The notes: generated by a model from the sequence alone, not told the origin. 51,354 bases of DNA from Nemertoderma westbladi (GCA_032718475.1 JAUCBJ010001345.1:1-51354); one strand, 5' to 3'; numbered from the stretch's first letter, positions 1 to 12,692 are shown. Made by a program: numbers and translations.

Positions 1-1160
1 TTCTAATGAGTTATCTACAAACGACCTGTTGGTTTTACTTTCGTCTGAATTAGCAGCATCACAACAATTTAAAAGATTACAATATTCCTGCTTAAACATA
101 TTACCAATCAACTTCTCACCAACTGCACCACTAACTACATTTGGTAACGGCACCGCACTACTATTTTCTTTTTTAACCGAATTCCAAAAAGTGGAATAAT
201 CTTTCTTAATTTCGGCCTCTGCAATTTTATTGCACCGAATTACTTTTTAATTTCTTTTACATTGACGCAAACAGCGTTTAAAATCGGCCTTTGAAACTAA
301 ATAGCGCCTGTGCAGCTCCCCCTGTCGGGGTGATCCTGCACCACGCCACATTTTAAAAATACTTCGACATAAATCATATTTTTCTTTTACAATATCGTTC
401 CATCCTGGAACATTGTGCTTATTAAAACTGTCGCCAGTGAGTTTAAACGGAATAGTTTTAGCGGCACAATCCAACACAACTTCGGAAATTGAGTCCCAAA
501 AGTTAGACATAGCTTGATGGTGGTCCTTACAGTTAGCATTTGCACATTTAACACCACTAGGAATAACAATATTACGTAATGAGGCCTCTACACGATTACT
601 GTAGTTCACCAGATTCTCTGGGGTAGCTGACCCCCATTGAGGAGAACGCACAGTACTTCGTGACTTGGGTGCCTCCTCACAATGAATATAATCCGCTACA
701 ATTACGTCTAATGAAAATGTAAATGGCATATGATCAACAATACTGAGATCATAGAGTATATCAATGTCTTGCACCGATAGTTCTATGCTACTTGAACAAA
801 TAACATGGTCCAGCCATGAGGTTGAACCATGAGCTGGACTAACGAATGTGAAACTATTTGGTGGTAGTCTCATAACATCCGCTATAAAGAGATTTAATTC
901 TTGACACCATTCAGATAAATCCGTATAAAAGGCGATGCGTTAAAATCCCCACAGATGCAGTACTTGCTAGTTGGTGCTGTATCTATTATCGACTGTATTT
1001 TACCAAGATATTCACTATATAAATCACGATTATCTATATGTTGATACGGCAAATAAACATTCAGCATCAAAACTTTGGAGCCATCATTTAGATTAATGTA
1101 AAAACAGATCAATCTATTGTCCTCACGTGGTAAAAATTCAATGCTATTAAGACATTGTTG
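1..1160 (-). mobile_element. Degraded non-LTR retrotransposon (CR1/L2-group) ORF2 fragment: APE endonuclease and linker, continuing off the window
   Basis: Motifs LNVYLPY, ICGDFNA, SWLDHVIC, SIVDHMP and VPGWNDIVKE lie in two frames (894-1166, 247-873) broken by frameshift/stop. Confidence 0.8.
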
Positions 1161-1287
1161 TCTCAACTATGGATGCTATGGTACTATGGATGAGTACATC
1201 CATAGGACGATAAAGAATTACGTCGAGAAAGGAAGGGCCGTGGAGTTGCCGTTCGACGAACCGAACATGGACAGGACCTACTACATG
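1161..1287 (+). mobile_element. BEL/Pao pol fragment just upstream of the RT core, opposite in orientation to the adjacent BEL segment
   Basis: TIKNYVEKGRAVELPFDEPNMDRTYYM resembles the BEL pre-RT segment that ends in YYLPHH. Confidence 0.55.
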
Positions 1288-1947
1288 GCCGGGAAGAAAG
1301 GACGCGAGATTTTTATTAGCTTTAGCTGTTCCAGGTTTTTTACCCAGAATTCCCATTTCTTTTGAATAGCGGGGGGAAGTTCTTGTTCCCATCCGAGTCC
1401 ATGGATCCACATTTCTTTGATTAAGTTCATTCTGGCGAGTGTTACAGAAAAAATGAAGTTTAGCAGGTCAAAAATCGAACTCTTTATGGAGATTGACCGG
1501 TGTGTATTTGAATAGAAATGCATATTCAGTTATGTCCCATTAGACTCCTAATTCTCGAAGTCTGGTTTCATTGGAATACATTTTCTCGTGATTGAGGTTT
1601 ATTTCTTTTGGTAACCTCTCCATCAGTTCCATGTTTGGGATCAGAACTTTACTAACTGGAAACCCCCTCATCCACGGCATTCTGCCATCCCAGTGGCTAG
1701 ATTGTATGCATCGTCAGCCATCTTTGCCCCAGTGCACCCATCATCAATGTAAAAAGACTGCCAGATGTTGTTTATTACCTCTGGAGGATATTCATTTTCC
1801 AACATATCCGCAGTTCATTTTAACATGTCGCAACAGACCACTGGCGAGTCTTTAGCTCCGAAAACACGCACTACCATTCGCATTATGTCTAGGTCTTTCA
1901 GTTGTAGACAATTGATTTCAAGCATACTAAGTTCTTTGGGAGTCCAT
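1288..1947 (-). mobile_element. BEL/Pao LTR retrotransposon pol remnant (RT core to RNase H linker), internally deleted
   Basis: Manual minus-strand translation gives MRMVVRVFGAKDSP and IWQSFYIDD (~1737-1890); the ORF track gives WIHGLGWEQELPPAIQKKWEFWVKNLEQLKLIKISR (Pao peptidase A17-type region). Confidence 0.85.
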
Positions 1948-2210
1948 TGTAACGTTCTAATTAACTCTTGTGTAATAATTATTATTGTTGAAAGTGCACT
2001 TTATTAGCCTGTATCATAGGATATAATACATAGGAGTAATATAGCTGTTAATGCCATATGTTTGTCCTGAGTTAAGCTTGTATAGTGCCAGAGTATTATA
2101 AGATATGGTGATGGTGATGGAAAAGATTATTATTAAATCATTTAGACCAAGTTAATTATATTATATTGAAGGAAACAATATTCATTACTTTCAAGTTGTT
2201 AGATATTACA
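1948..2210 (+). repeat. 5' LTR (263 bp)
   Basis: Direct repeat of 6395-6656, differing at 3 sites; TG...CA ends. Confidence 0.97.
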
Positions 2211-2212
2211 AT

Positions 2213-2230
2213 TGGTGACCCAGACGAGAT
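2213..2230 (+). promoter_or_regulatory. Primer binding site, tRNA-Trp type
   Basis: TGGTGACCCAGACGAGAT, 2 nt after the LTR, matches the canonical tRNA-Trp PBS TGGTGACCCCGACGTGAT at 16/18. Confidence 0.85.
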
Positions 2231-2286
2231 TAATGTAGAGTAAAGTAAGTGTAAGTTGTGAAGTATAAAAAGATAGTGTGTGGACA

Positions 2287-3264
2287 ATGGGAGACTTCAC
2301 TCAATACAGGAAAGCTGAATTATCTGCGGCGCTTCAACTACTGAATGAACATGATCCGAATTTTAATGCACCTGATCTCAAAACAGAAATAATCGAAGTG
2401 TTGAAACGTGAGAATCGTTCTGCAGTGCGTCTTGCATTAACTACGAAAAGAAAGAAAGAAACGCATAGAACATCAACAGACGGAGCTAAGCGCATCAAAC
2501 TACCAGAATTCTACCAGAAAGACCCGCGTATATGGTTCAGTCAGGTAGAGCAACTTGTGGAAGGTGAGTCACCTCGTATTAAAAAACTTAGCTTGCTGGC
2601 AGTTTTATCAACAGACATAATTTTAGAAAGTGGGGTAAACCTCGATAACACATATGACGAAATTAAATGTGATGTAATTCGTCACCTGGCTGATAGTGAC
2701 GAAAAATGACTTCACAAACTGTTAGGTGAGCAAAGCCTAGGTGATCGGAAACCAACTGCGGCACTACGCCATCTGCAGAGACTGGCACCTGGTAACGATA
2801 ATGTAATTAGGTTACACTTCCTTGATATGCTTCCTGAATAAATACGCATAGTTTTAACGTCATTGTCTGAACTTCCAATAGACAAATTAGCTGAAACAGC
2901 AGACAAAATGATTGAACAAACAAAAGGTTGTTCACAAGCTAGTTACCCTATATCGCAGAACTCCGAAATAAATATTCTACGAGATATGCAAGCTAATATG
3001 GCTGATCAAATTACAAAGCTGAGAGCTGAAATTCTCGCATTAAATATGTCACAGTCACAGTCCCCTCAATATTATAGATCACGATCTCCTGAGCGGTCTT
3101 CGAGGTCAAGACAACGGTCTCGATCCAGATCATATAACCCTATGGGACCCCTTTGCTTCTACCGCTTCACATTCGGAGACCAAGCCAATAAATGTCAGGC
3201 ACCATGTAAATGGGGATCAAACCTCCAAAGGCAATGTTCGGGAAACGATTCCACCTCGGCTTAG
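2287..3264 (+). pseudogene. gag: gag of the Gypsy element (internal TGA at 2707-2709)
   Basis: IKLPEFYQKDPRIWFSQVE, LGDRKPT, an RS-rich tract and CFYRFTFGDQANKCQAPC (CsRn1-type CX2HX9CX3C with His changed to Arg). Confidence 0.85.
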
Positions 3265-3289
3265 ACACGGATGTGGTCGGGGTAAACGT

Positions 3290-6200
3290 TATACATATTG
3301 CCGTACCTGAAATAGGTTCATTGCTTGTAGATACTGGTAGTGACTGTTGTGTCCTACCCAGATGTAAGTCTACAGTAGGATAAAATTCAAACATAAAACT
3401 CTCAGCAGCAAACTGCTCTCATATAGTAACTTATGGTATAACGGAAATTGAAATTAAACTTTCTTGTTTAAATACAAGTTTTAAATGGCAGTTTGTTATT
3501 GCAGACGTTGCTCAGCCAATCTTAGGCATGGATTTTCTCAGATCCAATGGTATAGCTGTTGATTGTGCAAATAATACACTGGTGTTTAGCAAACATATAA
3601 ATGATAATAAATTATACAAAATGCCTATTCAAGACGCAAATATCAAAATAAACTTAATCCATTCTGAGATGTTATCTGAACATGACAATAGTCAGTTACA
3701 AATGTTACTATCTGAATATAGTAAATTGTTTGAACCTGTGGATGACTCAGTACCTGTCAATCATCCCATCAAACATCTGGACATCCGTGCTATTCAAGAC
3801 CACGTCCTCTACATGGATCTATACTTGAAAAAGTAAAGAAAGATTATGCAGAGTTAGAAGCGCGTGGTATAATACAACGCGGTGAATCTCCATGGGCAAC
3901 ACCCCTGCTTGCCACCAACAAACCAGACAACTCACTTCGTTTGTGCGGAGACTATCGCATGCTTAATAAACAAACTATACCTGATCGCTATCCCATGCTC
4001 AAAGCGACAGATGTAATAAATAAATTCTCAGGGTGCACTGTATTTTCAAAAATAGACCTCACCCAAGCATTTCATCAAATACCAGTTGCTGAACAGGATG
4101 TGTCAAAAACTGCGATTACAACCCCATTTGGGTTATTCTTATATAAACGCATGCCTTATGGTCTCCGAAATGGTATGCAAACTTTTCAACGCTTAGTAGA
4201 TTGCACCATCGACATGGATTGTGCAGCGGCTTATGCTGATGATATTCTGGTTGGTAGTTCAGATATTAGAAGTCATTTTGAACATCTTCGCCTTGTTTTT
4301 GAGCGTTTATCTCGAGCTGGATTAAAAGTGCGAATGAATAAATGTAAATTCTTCTGCATTGTAATTGAATTTCTTGGTGTACTAATTTCAAAAGTAGGAT
4401 GTCGACCAGTACCTAGTAAAATCGAAGCTATTTGTAACTTCGAGCGACCCACAACATTAAAAGGGTTAAAAAGATTTATAGGAATTTCAGAATTTTACCA
4501 TCGGTTTGTACCACACTTTTCTGACATCGCAGCACCATTAACCGATCTAACACAACAAAATAACTCGGAAAAAATCTGAATTGAAATGGAATGACAATGC
4601 AGAGAAGAAGGCCTTTGGGAATCTAAAAAAAAAACCCTTTGCGATGCTGTTACACTAGGGTTTCCATCAGAAACATCTGCAATCGAGTTAACGACAGATG
4701 CTTCTCAACAAGCTGTTGGAGCTGTACTTAATCAGATCGTGAATGACATTCGTGTTCCATTGGCATTTTTTTCACGCAAGTTGAGTCCCTTAGAAAGGAA
4801 GAAGTCCACATTTGATAGGGAGCTCTTGGCTATATATCTTGCATTGAAACACTTCCCATGGTTGATTGGAACTGAGTTCACTATCCGAACTGATCACAAA
4901 CCATTAACACATGCAATGGAAATGAAAAATCCAACACCACAACAAACACGTTGGTTGTCATTTATTCTAGAACATAATTGTGAAATCAAATATATAAGGG
5001 GCGTTGAAAATATAGTAGCCAATGCCCTGTCTCATACAGACTCATCAGATAATGATGTTATAAGTGGTAGTTGTCCAGACATAGAAATTGCCAATAACAG
5101 TTGTTGCGTAGTAGTTGATGCAAATGAATCGCTAGCCAGAGAACAATCTGAGGACAAGGATTTGCAAACTTTCTTTGCGAAGACTTCACTCCCACTCAAG
5201 AAACTGTCGATTGGAAATCAAACACTTTATTGTGATGATTCAACGGATATCCTTCGACCATATTTACCATCAGATAGCCGTCACAAAGTCTTTGAACACA
5301 TCCATAATTTATCCCATCCAGGACCTAAAGCAACCCTAAAGATAATAGCAAAAAGATACATTTGGCCAGGAATCAACAAAGAGGTCAAAACATGGTCAAA
5401 AGAGTGTAAGGATTGCCAATCCTCAAAAATAACGAGGCATACAAAGACTCCTATTAAAACGATTCCAACAACAACCAGATTTCATACCTTACATATTGAT
5501 ATTGTCGGACCTTTGCCACAATCGAATGGTTACAAATATTTGATAACTATAATAGACAGATTTACTCATTGGTTCGAAGTTGTGCCTGCAAGTGGTATCA
5601 CGACTCAAACAGTAGCAAATGCATTAGTTCGAAACTGGATTTCACGATTTGGTGTCCGTAGAATTTTAATCAGTGATCAGGGTGGCCAATTCGAATCACA
5701 AATTTGGGGCTATTTAATGGAGAGGCTTGGAATCGAAAAAAGAAGAACAATATCGTATCATCCCGCATGCAATGGAGCAATATAAAGATTCCATCTACAA
5801 TTAAAGAACTCAATCCGGGCTTCTTGTAAGTCTTCAAGTTGGTATTATTCGTTACCTCTGATCCTATTGGGTATCAGAAATACCATCGGCGAATGTGGTC
5901 ATTCTCCCTCACAGTTAACGTATGGCTGTGAAACCAATCTACCTTGTGATTATTTTATAGATATTTCTCCAGAGTATGACCTACCAAACAACTCATTTGT
6001 GGAAAAGCTATTTGGAAAAATGAGGAAAATATATCCGCCTGAAAGAAATCATAAACTTGATAACTACATTCCTAAGGAATTAGCTACGGCTACACATATT
6101 TGGTTGCGGCAAGAGGTTCGCAAATCATCACTTCAGAGACCATATCGTGGACCATATAAAGTTCTAACTCGTAATGATAAAACTCTGGAGATTGAGTTCA

Positions 6201-6331
6201 ATGGCTATCCATGTCGAGTTTACCTTGATCGAGTAAAACCTGCATTCTTATCATCAGCCTCATTTTCACAAGTAAAGAGGAAGAAACGAGTTACATTCTT
6301 AATAATTCCTCGTATACATTACTATACATAA
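3290..6331 (+). pseudogene. pol: pol of the Gypsy element (protease, RT, RNase H, integrase) with several stops and frameshifts
   Basis: LVDTGS protease; CGDYRMLN, FSKIDL, MPYGLRN and YADDIL (RT); TDAS and DRELLAIY (RH); HNLSHPG, HIDIVGPLP, SDQG and PYRGPY (INT). Confidence 0.93.
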
Positions 6332-6378
6332 TATAAAACATAACTCATTTACGTCAATAAATCATAGGTCTCCGCCTA

Positions 6379-6394
6379 AGATTAGGGGGAGTAA
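6379..6394 (+). promoter_or_regulatory. Polypurine tract
   Basis: AGATTAGGGGGAGTAA immediately before the 3' LTR. Confidence 0.75.
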
Positions 6395-6656
6395 TGTAAC
6401 GTTCTAATTAACTCTTGTGTAATAATTATTATTGTTGAAAGTGCACTTTATTAGCCTGTATCATAGGATATAATACATAGGAGTAATATAGCATTAATGC
6501 CATATGTTTGTCCTGAGTTAACCTTGTATAGTGCCAGAGTATTATAAGATATGGTGATGGTGATGGAAAAGAATATTATTAAATCATTTAGACCAAGTTA
6601 ATTATATTATATTGAAGGAAACAATATTCATTACTTTCAAGTTGTTAGATATTACA
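6395..6656 (+). repeat. 3' LTR (262 bp)
   Basis: Direct repeat of 1948-2210. Confidence 0.97.
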
Positions 6657-6901
6657 TCCATAGTTTTCTCAGGCTATCAGAATCATGTGGCAGCGTCAGC
6701 ACTTGATGAAACATCGCTATCACAGGTGAATGCGATCTTGTTTTCTCTGAACCTGAGTAACACACCAACCAGTCTACTATATATGTTTGGTCCAGTGTAT
6801 AACTGACTATTTAGCGATTCTCCTTGGAATGTTGCAGCTGCGTCATTCACCACTCTCATTTTTCCACCCTTTCTTTTTTCAATGAATGTTTCAATGAAAG
6901 G
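6657..6901 (-). mobile_element. BEL/Pao RT N-terminal part, continuous with 1288-1947 once the Gypsy element is removed
   Basis: KMRVVNDAAA, SLNSQLYTGP, VLLRFR and, after a frameshift, AMFHQV...DSLRKLW. Confidence 0.88.
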
Positions 6902-7560
6902 TTTGGAATGTAGTAGGTTCGAGATGAACCCTCGCGCTCCCTGGGTGCACCAACTCCACGAGACCATCAGTTAAGTAAGCGGCTATTAAGTCATTGTAGC
7001 ATGTTTTTTGCTCAGCCACTCAGCGGTGGGGCGAGAAAGTCTAAATCGGTATTTTACTGTCTTTTACAGTTTAAAAGATTTATGGTCTTTTTCACAAAGA
7101 CCAGTAGAGGTCTTTTCCCAACGACTAGACCAGTCTTAATAGTATTACAGCATTATTTTCTAGGTGCAATATTTATCGAGTATATTTGTGAATGTTACTA
7201 AAAGGTATGTTTGTAAATTTACAGCGACCACAGAACCATTTACCTGGTTTCTATAACTTTTTACATACCTGAAAGTAAATCAACGTACAGTAGATCAATA
7301 TTTTAAATTATTCCGATTACCGTGGGTAACAGTGACAGATTGTTATATCCCTTGCTTTTTACCAAGACAGATATAGAGTTACTGTAACCCCTATAGACCC
7401 ATAAAGTCCTTAGACCGACCCCAGTACCCAGACCTTGTCCTAGCCCTATGGATTTTTAGCACCCCCAGAGTAATAGGTGTCGCAGAACTACAATAACAAG
7501 TATTAGGTAAATGGCAGAATTACAATACACACTCAACCTTTTATTGGTAATTTTATTTAG

Positions 7561-8192
7561 AGAAATGTCAAGAACTAGTGTCGATCAGAGTTGAAGATAT
7601 TGTGGCAACCGGATCAAACAGCCTCAATGGTTTCCAACATCATGACACAACAACACCTGGTGGTCCGTGGACTATCATCCAAAGGAGGATCGATGGTTCA
7701 GTTGATTTCGAACAAAACTGGATTGAGTATACAGCCGGGTTTGGTGATGTCCATACGGAATTTTTCCTCGGGTTAGAAAACATCCACAGACTCACGTTTG
7801 GAGGAGTCCGTCTTAGGATAGATATGTGTCGCTCCGATGGAGTGTACCGATACGCGGAGTATGATTCATTCTCTGTTGGTCCAGCTCCTTTATATACGTT
7901 AAGCATCTCTGGATACTCTGGCGATGCTGGTGACAACATATTGGTTGGAGCCCAAGGCACAAATTTTAACCTCAATGGAAAATCGTTTTCAACATTGGAT
8001 AATGATAATGATGGGTGGTCTGGGGGCTCCTGTGTACAAGGGTCAAGATCGGCATGGTGGCTTGGTTATTGCGGCTATTCTTCCCTCAATACATATGGAA
8101 GTACAGGAGAGGTATATTGGGGTTCATTCGCATTGGATGTGCCTCTTGCTACTGTGGAAATGAAAATACGGGAAACTGGTTTCTGTAAGTAA
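7561..8192 (+). CDS. Terminal exon encoding a fibrinogen C-terminal (FReD) domain; ficolin/tenascin/angiopoietin-like
   Basis: GGPWTIIQRRIDGSVDF, WIEYTAGFG, EFFLGLENIHRLT, YAEYDSFSVG, SGYSGDAGD, FSTLDNDND, WW..CGYSSLN and VEMKIR; preceded by the acceptor TTTTATTTAG (7551-7560); intact to TAA. Confidence 0.9.
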
Positions 8193-8360
8193 ATTGTTGC
8201 TTTACTTTTGTTACTTTTACTCTGAGATATACTGAGATATATATATATACTAAAATATACTCGTAGTTAAAATAGTTATCAGCGCATTCATTTAATAGAA
8301 TCACACATGGAGCTCGAAGACAAATTTATACGGTTATGCAAGCAAAAAAGGGATATAGTC

Positions 8361-8668
8361 TACTACTAGGATCGTCATGCTGCATTGCAGCTGTATTATT
8401 AAGAATGCTGCGTCAGCTTGTCGACAAAATTGCACCACCACAACTCACTATCACCCATGACATTTGCTAGATCATCCGCATCTTCAAAGCCAGTGTCCTT
8501 TAAGATGCATCTCAAGAAAGTCATGAGCTGTCCACCATGCTTAATCACTCCATGAGGCTGCCAATGCTCATGATTATGCACTGGCTGGTCCTCACGGCGA
8601 AAGCAATGTCCTGAAAAGCAGAGGCGACTTTGTTCTAGTGTCAAGCTTGGGGGAACCAATGAGACACC
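8361..8668 (-). mobile_element. 3' end of an RTE-clade LINE with (TAG)n tail
   Basis: RLCFSGHCFRREDQPV..WQPHG; clearly homologous to the copies at 39629, 41788 and 44505; tail reads TACTACTA on the + strand. Confidence 0.85.
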
Positions 8669-8902
8669 TGATGGAATTAGATGATAAGGAGGAGACTCAC
8701 CAATTCATATGGCTCGCCCCTTGAGGTTGGGCCTAGAGAAACTGTATTATACTAGCTTAGGGCATAGGGAGATACTGGTGTTGGGGTATTTGAGTGCAGT
8801 AGTGCTTCGGCAGTACAGTAGTATATGTACTCTTATATATCTTATGAACTGAGTTCAAATATAATACTGATATGCAAGATCTTAAACCAGACAATCATTT
8901 CA
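8669..8902 (+). repeat. Putative 5' LTR of the Mag-like element (no partner LTR in the window)
   Basis: Starts TGA exactly where RTE homology stops and ends TCA immediately before the PBS. Confidence 0.7.
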
Positions 8903-8920
8903 TGGCGCTGCGAGTAGGAT
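8903..8920 (+). promoter_or_regulatory. Primer binding site, probably tRNA-Ser
   Basis: TGGCGCTGCGAGTAGGAT resembles the complement of a tRNA-Ser(CGA) 3' end (TGGCGCTGTGAGCAGGAT, recalled from memory). Confidence 0.65.
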
Positions 8921-9045
8921 AACAGTTCGGTCGTTCCGGGATAACATACTGGTACCGATACCTACAAACCCACCAGAAACGATAACCGACCAAACAGTAA
9001 ATCCAATACTGCAATAGGGAAGGAACAACTGTGAGGAATTCAATT

Positions 9046-12000
9046 ATGGACCTCGAGGGGATGAAACACCTAAAGCGGAAACTCGGTGGTTTCAAGAGAA
9101 GTTTCACTCGGGCCGTAAATTTGTGTATATCAAGTATTCACGATATAAACCGCATCGATCCGGTTAATCGCCACCCTCTGTTGGTTAACGACCTGGAAAA
9201 ACAGCTCTTAAAACTAGAAGTTGCATATGACCATCTTGGTGAATCATTAATGGCGATGGATGAAACTCAGTTAGATCTCACTGACGAGTATACCCATTAT
9301 GACCAATGCACTACCGAATTATTACAAATATAGTCTGATGTCAAGATGGCGATTGCACAAAACCAGGAAGACTGTAGATCTATGAATGAAGGAAGTAGGA
9401 CGACTGCTTCCGGTACCGGAGGATTCCCAGCAGCACCAAGTAAAACGGACAATGCACCTCGAGCACCCGTAAACCGACCTCCCAATCTCGAAGAAGATGT
9501 CGATATAACGATGTTCCAGAGATGGAGAAAGACCTGGAATAACTACGCGTAAGTTGTTCAACTATCCCGACAGCCGAGAGACGAACAGGTATCTGCATTC
9601 TTCGGATACTGTTCGCTGGCATTCTTATCGAAACTCGAATATGTCGTACGGATTCCCCAAACCACATCCCTATCCCTTGATGAAGTCCTAAACAACTTGG
9701 AAATATATCTGCTTGAAAAACAGAATATAGCCCTTGACAGATTAGAACTTACGTTGTGCCGACAACACGAGATGGAAAAGTTCGATGACTTTTATACTCG
9801 TTTGAGCGAATTGGCCAACACTGCAGCGTTACAAGAGATAGGAGACGACGAATGGATGTCGACATTGATCACCGTTGGAATTCAAAACGACGAAATCAGA
9901 CAGGATCTCCTGGCGAAATCACCGCCTTTAAACCATGAGGCGACTATTAAATTTTGTCGGACCGAAGAAGCGGCGCGAATAAACAAGGACAAAGTTAAGA
10001 AAGTCCTGGCCCACGGTCCTTACAAGAACACTAGTTTGGCGGGAGCGACTTCAAAGTCAGGATCCTCTTTGAATCAATATCGGAAAAATAAATATTTTTC
10101 TGGAAGATCTACGAGCGCCGGGAGAAACCGGTCTCCATCTCCGGAACGGAATTCCGGAAATCAGGATAAGAAACCTTGTACCAAATGTGGATATAGTCAC
10201 ACTAACCTTAAAAGGTGTCCAGCGAAAGGGGAAAAGTGTAGTGTGTGCCATAAACTTAACCATTTCGCTAACGTATGTCGTAATAAATCCCTAGGAGCTG
10301 TAGAACAAGCAGCTGTTCGAGTAGCGACGGTCGATTTCGAGGACCCGCCACTCATTTCCGTAGGGATATGCCATCCCGAAACGGATAAATTATTTGGTTA
10401 TAGTCAGGCAGTACCTGATACCAGGTCCCAACGCACAGTTGCAAACATGACATTCTTGAGGTCATTAAATTTAAATGAAACAGACCTCCAGGAACCGTCT
10501 ATAGAACGGTTAGTCAGTATAAATGGCAAAGTTATTAAACAATTGGGCCAGATAAAGGTCTGTCTCAAAATTAGTGGTCAGTCTGTAATAGAAGGTGTGA
10601 AAATATGTGACGGCATTCCGCGTTTATATTTATCACTATCTGTTTGTAAGGCATTAGATATAGTTTCTAAACATTTTCCGAACCCACCGCCACTTTTTGC
10701 CAATGCAGCTGCCTTTTGCCAGTGTAACTTACCTATACATGTTACCAATACCTCTGCCCCCAATGATCAAGTTGGATCGAATATTAACCAAAAGAAGGAA
10801 ATAATTCGATCACTTGACGACATTAAATTAAACGTAAGTGAAACTTTTAAACATGACGCAAGAGAAAAATGGATTAACCAATTGCCTATTTCTCCTAACA
10901 AATGCGAAATTGAGAGAGTTCATAATAAACTCTCGGACATATATTCAGACGTATTTTTCAATAGTACTGAACTGAAACAAATGTCCGGTACAGATGTAGG
11001 TAAGCCTATGACAATATACCTTAAAAAGGACGCAATACCGTACGCAGTGCACGGAGCACGCCCTATTCCATTTGCACAGCGAGACCAAGTAAAAGCTGAA
11101 ATAGATAATTTAATTAAATGGAACATTATCAAACCAGCAGGCGATAAACCTACCGAGTGGTGCCATCCTATGGTTATAGCCAATAAACCTGATGGCAGGA
11201 TTAGAATTTGTGTAGACCTATCCAACTTAAATAGACAAGTAGAGCGAGTAGTATACCCTACCAAAACACCAAACGATTGTGTTTCGAGTATCCCACCTGT
11301 TTGCAATTGGTTTACTAAACTTGATGCAAAATCAGGATATTGGCAAATGCCATTAGCTATAGAGTCACAAAAACTGACATGTTTTATTACTCCTTTGGGA
11401 AGATACATGTACGTTAGGGCTCCCATGGGTTTTATCTCAACCGGAGATATTTATAGTCTCAGGGGTGACACCGCTCTGGAAGGTTTAGACAATATCCAGA
11501 AAATCGTAGATGACATTATAATTTATAATGTCAACTTTCAGGACCACGTCCGAAATGTTTGTAACGTTTTAGAACGTTGCATGAAATATAATATCACTAT
11601 AAACCAAAAAAAATTCAAATTCGCCCAAAGTGAAATGAATTTTGCCGGTTATATAGTGTCGTAAGAGGGAATAAAAGCAGACCCAGTGCAGGTAAAAGGG
11701 ATTAGTCAATTCCCTACACCTACCAATAGAACCGAACTTCGATCCTTTATGGGTTTAGTACAACAGTTGGGCCACTTTTCGGCCGAAACAAGTTTAATAG
11801 CTAGTCCTTTGAGAGATATACTGAAAACAAAAAATCAATTTTTGTGGACACCAAACCACCAGAAAGCATTTGACAATATGAAAATTGCTTTATCATCTAC
11901 GCCAATTTTATCCAATTTTGACCCCAAGGCCGAAATTGTTTTAGAAGTAGATGCGGCACGTAAAGATGGCCTAGGATATATGCCTTGTGCGCCAGACAGT

Positions 12001-12546
12001 GTGTGTACTGGCCAGGTATAACGAACGACCTCACAATGGCTGTACAATCATGTGATAAGTGTCAACTTCGGTTGCCAAGCAACCCTAACGAACTGCTAAT
12101 AAGCGATGCCAACACGCATATTCGAATCTGTTTCAACAGACCTATTCTCACTTGGAACACACACTTACTTAGTCTATGTAGACCGCTACTCAGGATTTCC
12201 ATTCATATCTCATTGGAATTATACTCCAACCTCCCAACAGGTTTTGAAAGAAATCAAAGGTTATTTCGTCCAAACGGGAGTACCAGTTCGACTCCGCTCA
12301 GATGGAGGACCCCAATACAGTTCCAAGATATTTTCAGATTTCCTTAAAACTTGGGGAGTAGAATGGATACCATCATCTCCAACATACGCCCAATCCAACG
12401 GACACGCTGAGGTCAATGTCCGCATATTAAAAAATTTGGTTGCAAAAACAGATGGCGGAAACTTACATACGGATTCATTCCTTCATGGCCTTTTAGAATT
12501 AAGAAATACCCCACACATCGACGGACGTTCTCCCGCTATCATACTG
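9046..12546 (+). pseudogene. gag-pol of the Mag-like element
   Basis: In-frame stops at 9331, 9550 and 11662; a deletion at ~11980 joins the RNase H start (EVDAARKDGLGY) to the integrase Zn-finger region (ARQCVYWPG...CDKC). Confidence 0.88.
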
Positions 12547-12692
12547 TTCAAATCAAATTCAAATTCGTATATTTCTTTCACTTATAACTATAACATACAC
12601 GAATTGCACAGATTAACATAGTAAATATTGGCAGCAGAGGCGCAGGCAATAGCAGAGCTAGTGGAGCCAGGGCCAATGCGTAAGTCATAAGT

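Larger units (their letters stand above)
1948..6656 (+). mobile_element. Full-length but coding-defective Ty3/Gypsy LTR retrotransposon, CsRn1/Kabuki-like
   Basis: Two near-identical LTRs (TGTAA...TTACA), TSD TCCAT at 1943-1947 and 6657-6661, PBS, PPT and gag-PR-RT-RH-INT order. Confidence 0.97.
8669..12546 (+). mobile_element. Mag-like Ty3/Gypsy retrotransposon; 5' LTR present, internally deleted and 3'-truncated by a LINE
   Basis: Candidate LTR followed by a PBS; gag with paired knuckles CTKCGYSH....CPAKGEKCSVCHKLNHFANVC; RT (RICVDL, KLDAKSGYWQ, IVDD); integrase (VDRYS, SDGGPQY, QSNGHAE). Confidence 0.92.

Noticed and set aside
7164-7204. Possible small upstream exon of the FReD gene (tttctag...AAAG|gtatgt)
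   Set aside because: No reading frame is both stop-free and convincingly compatible with the phase-1 FReD exon, and it shows no recognisable protein features.
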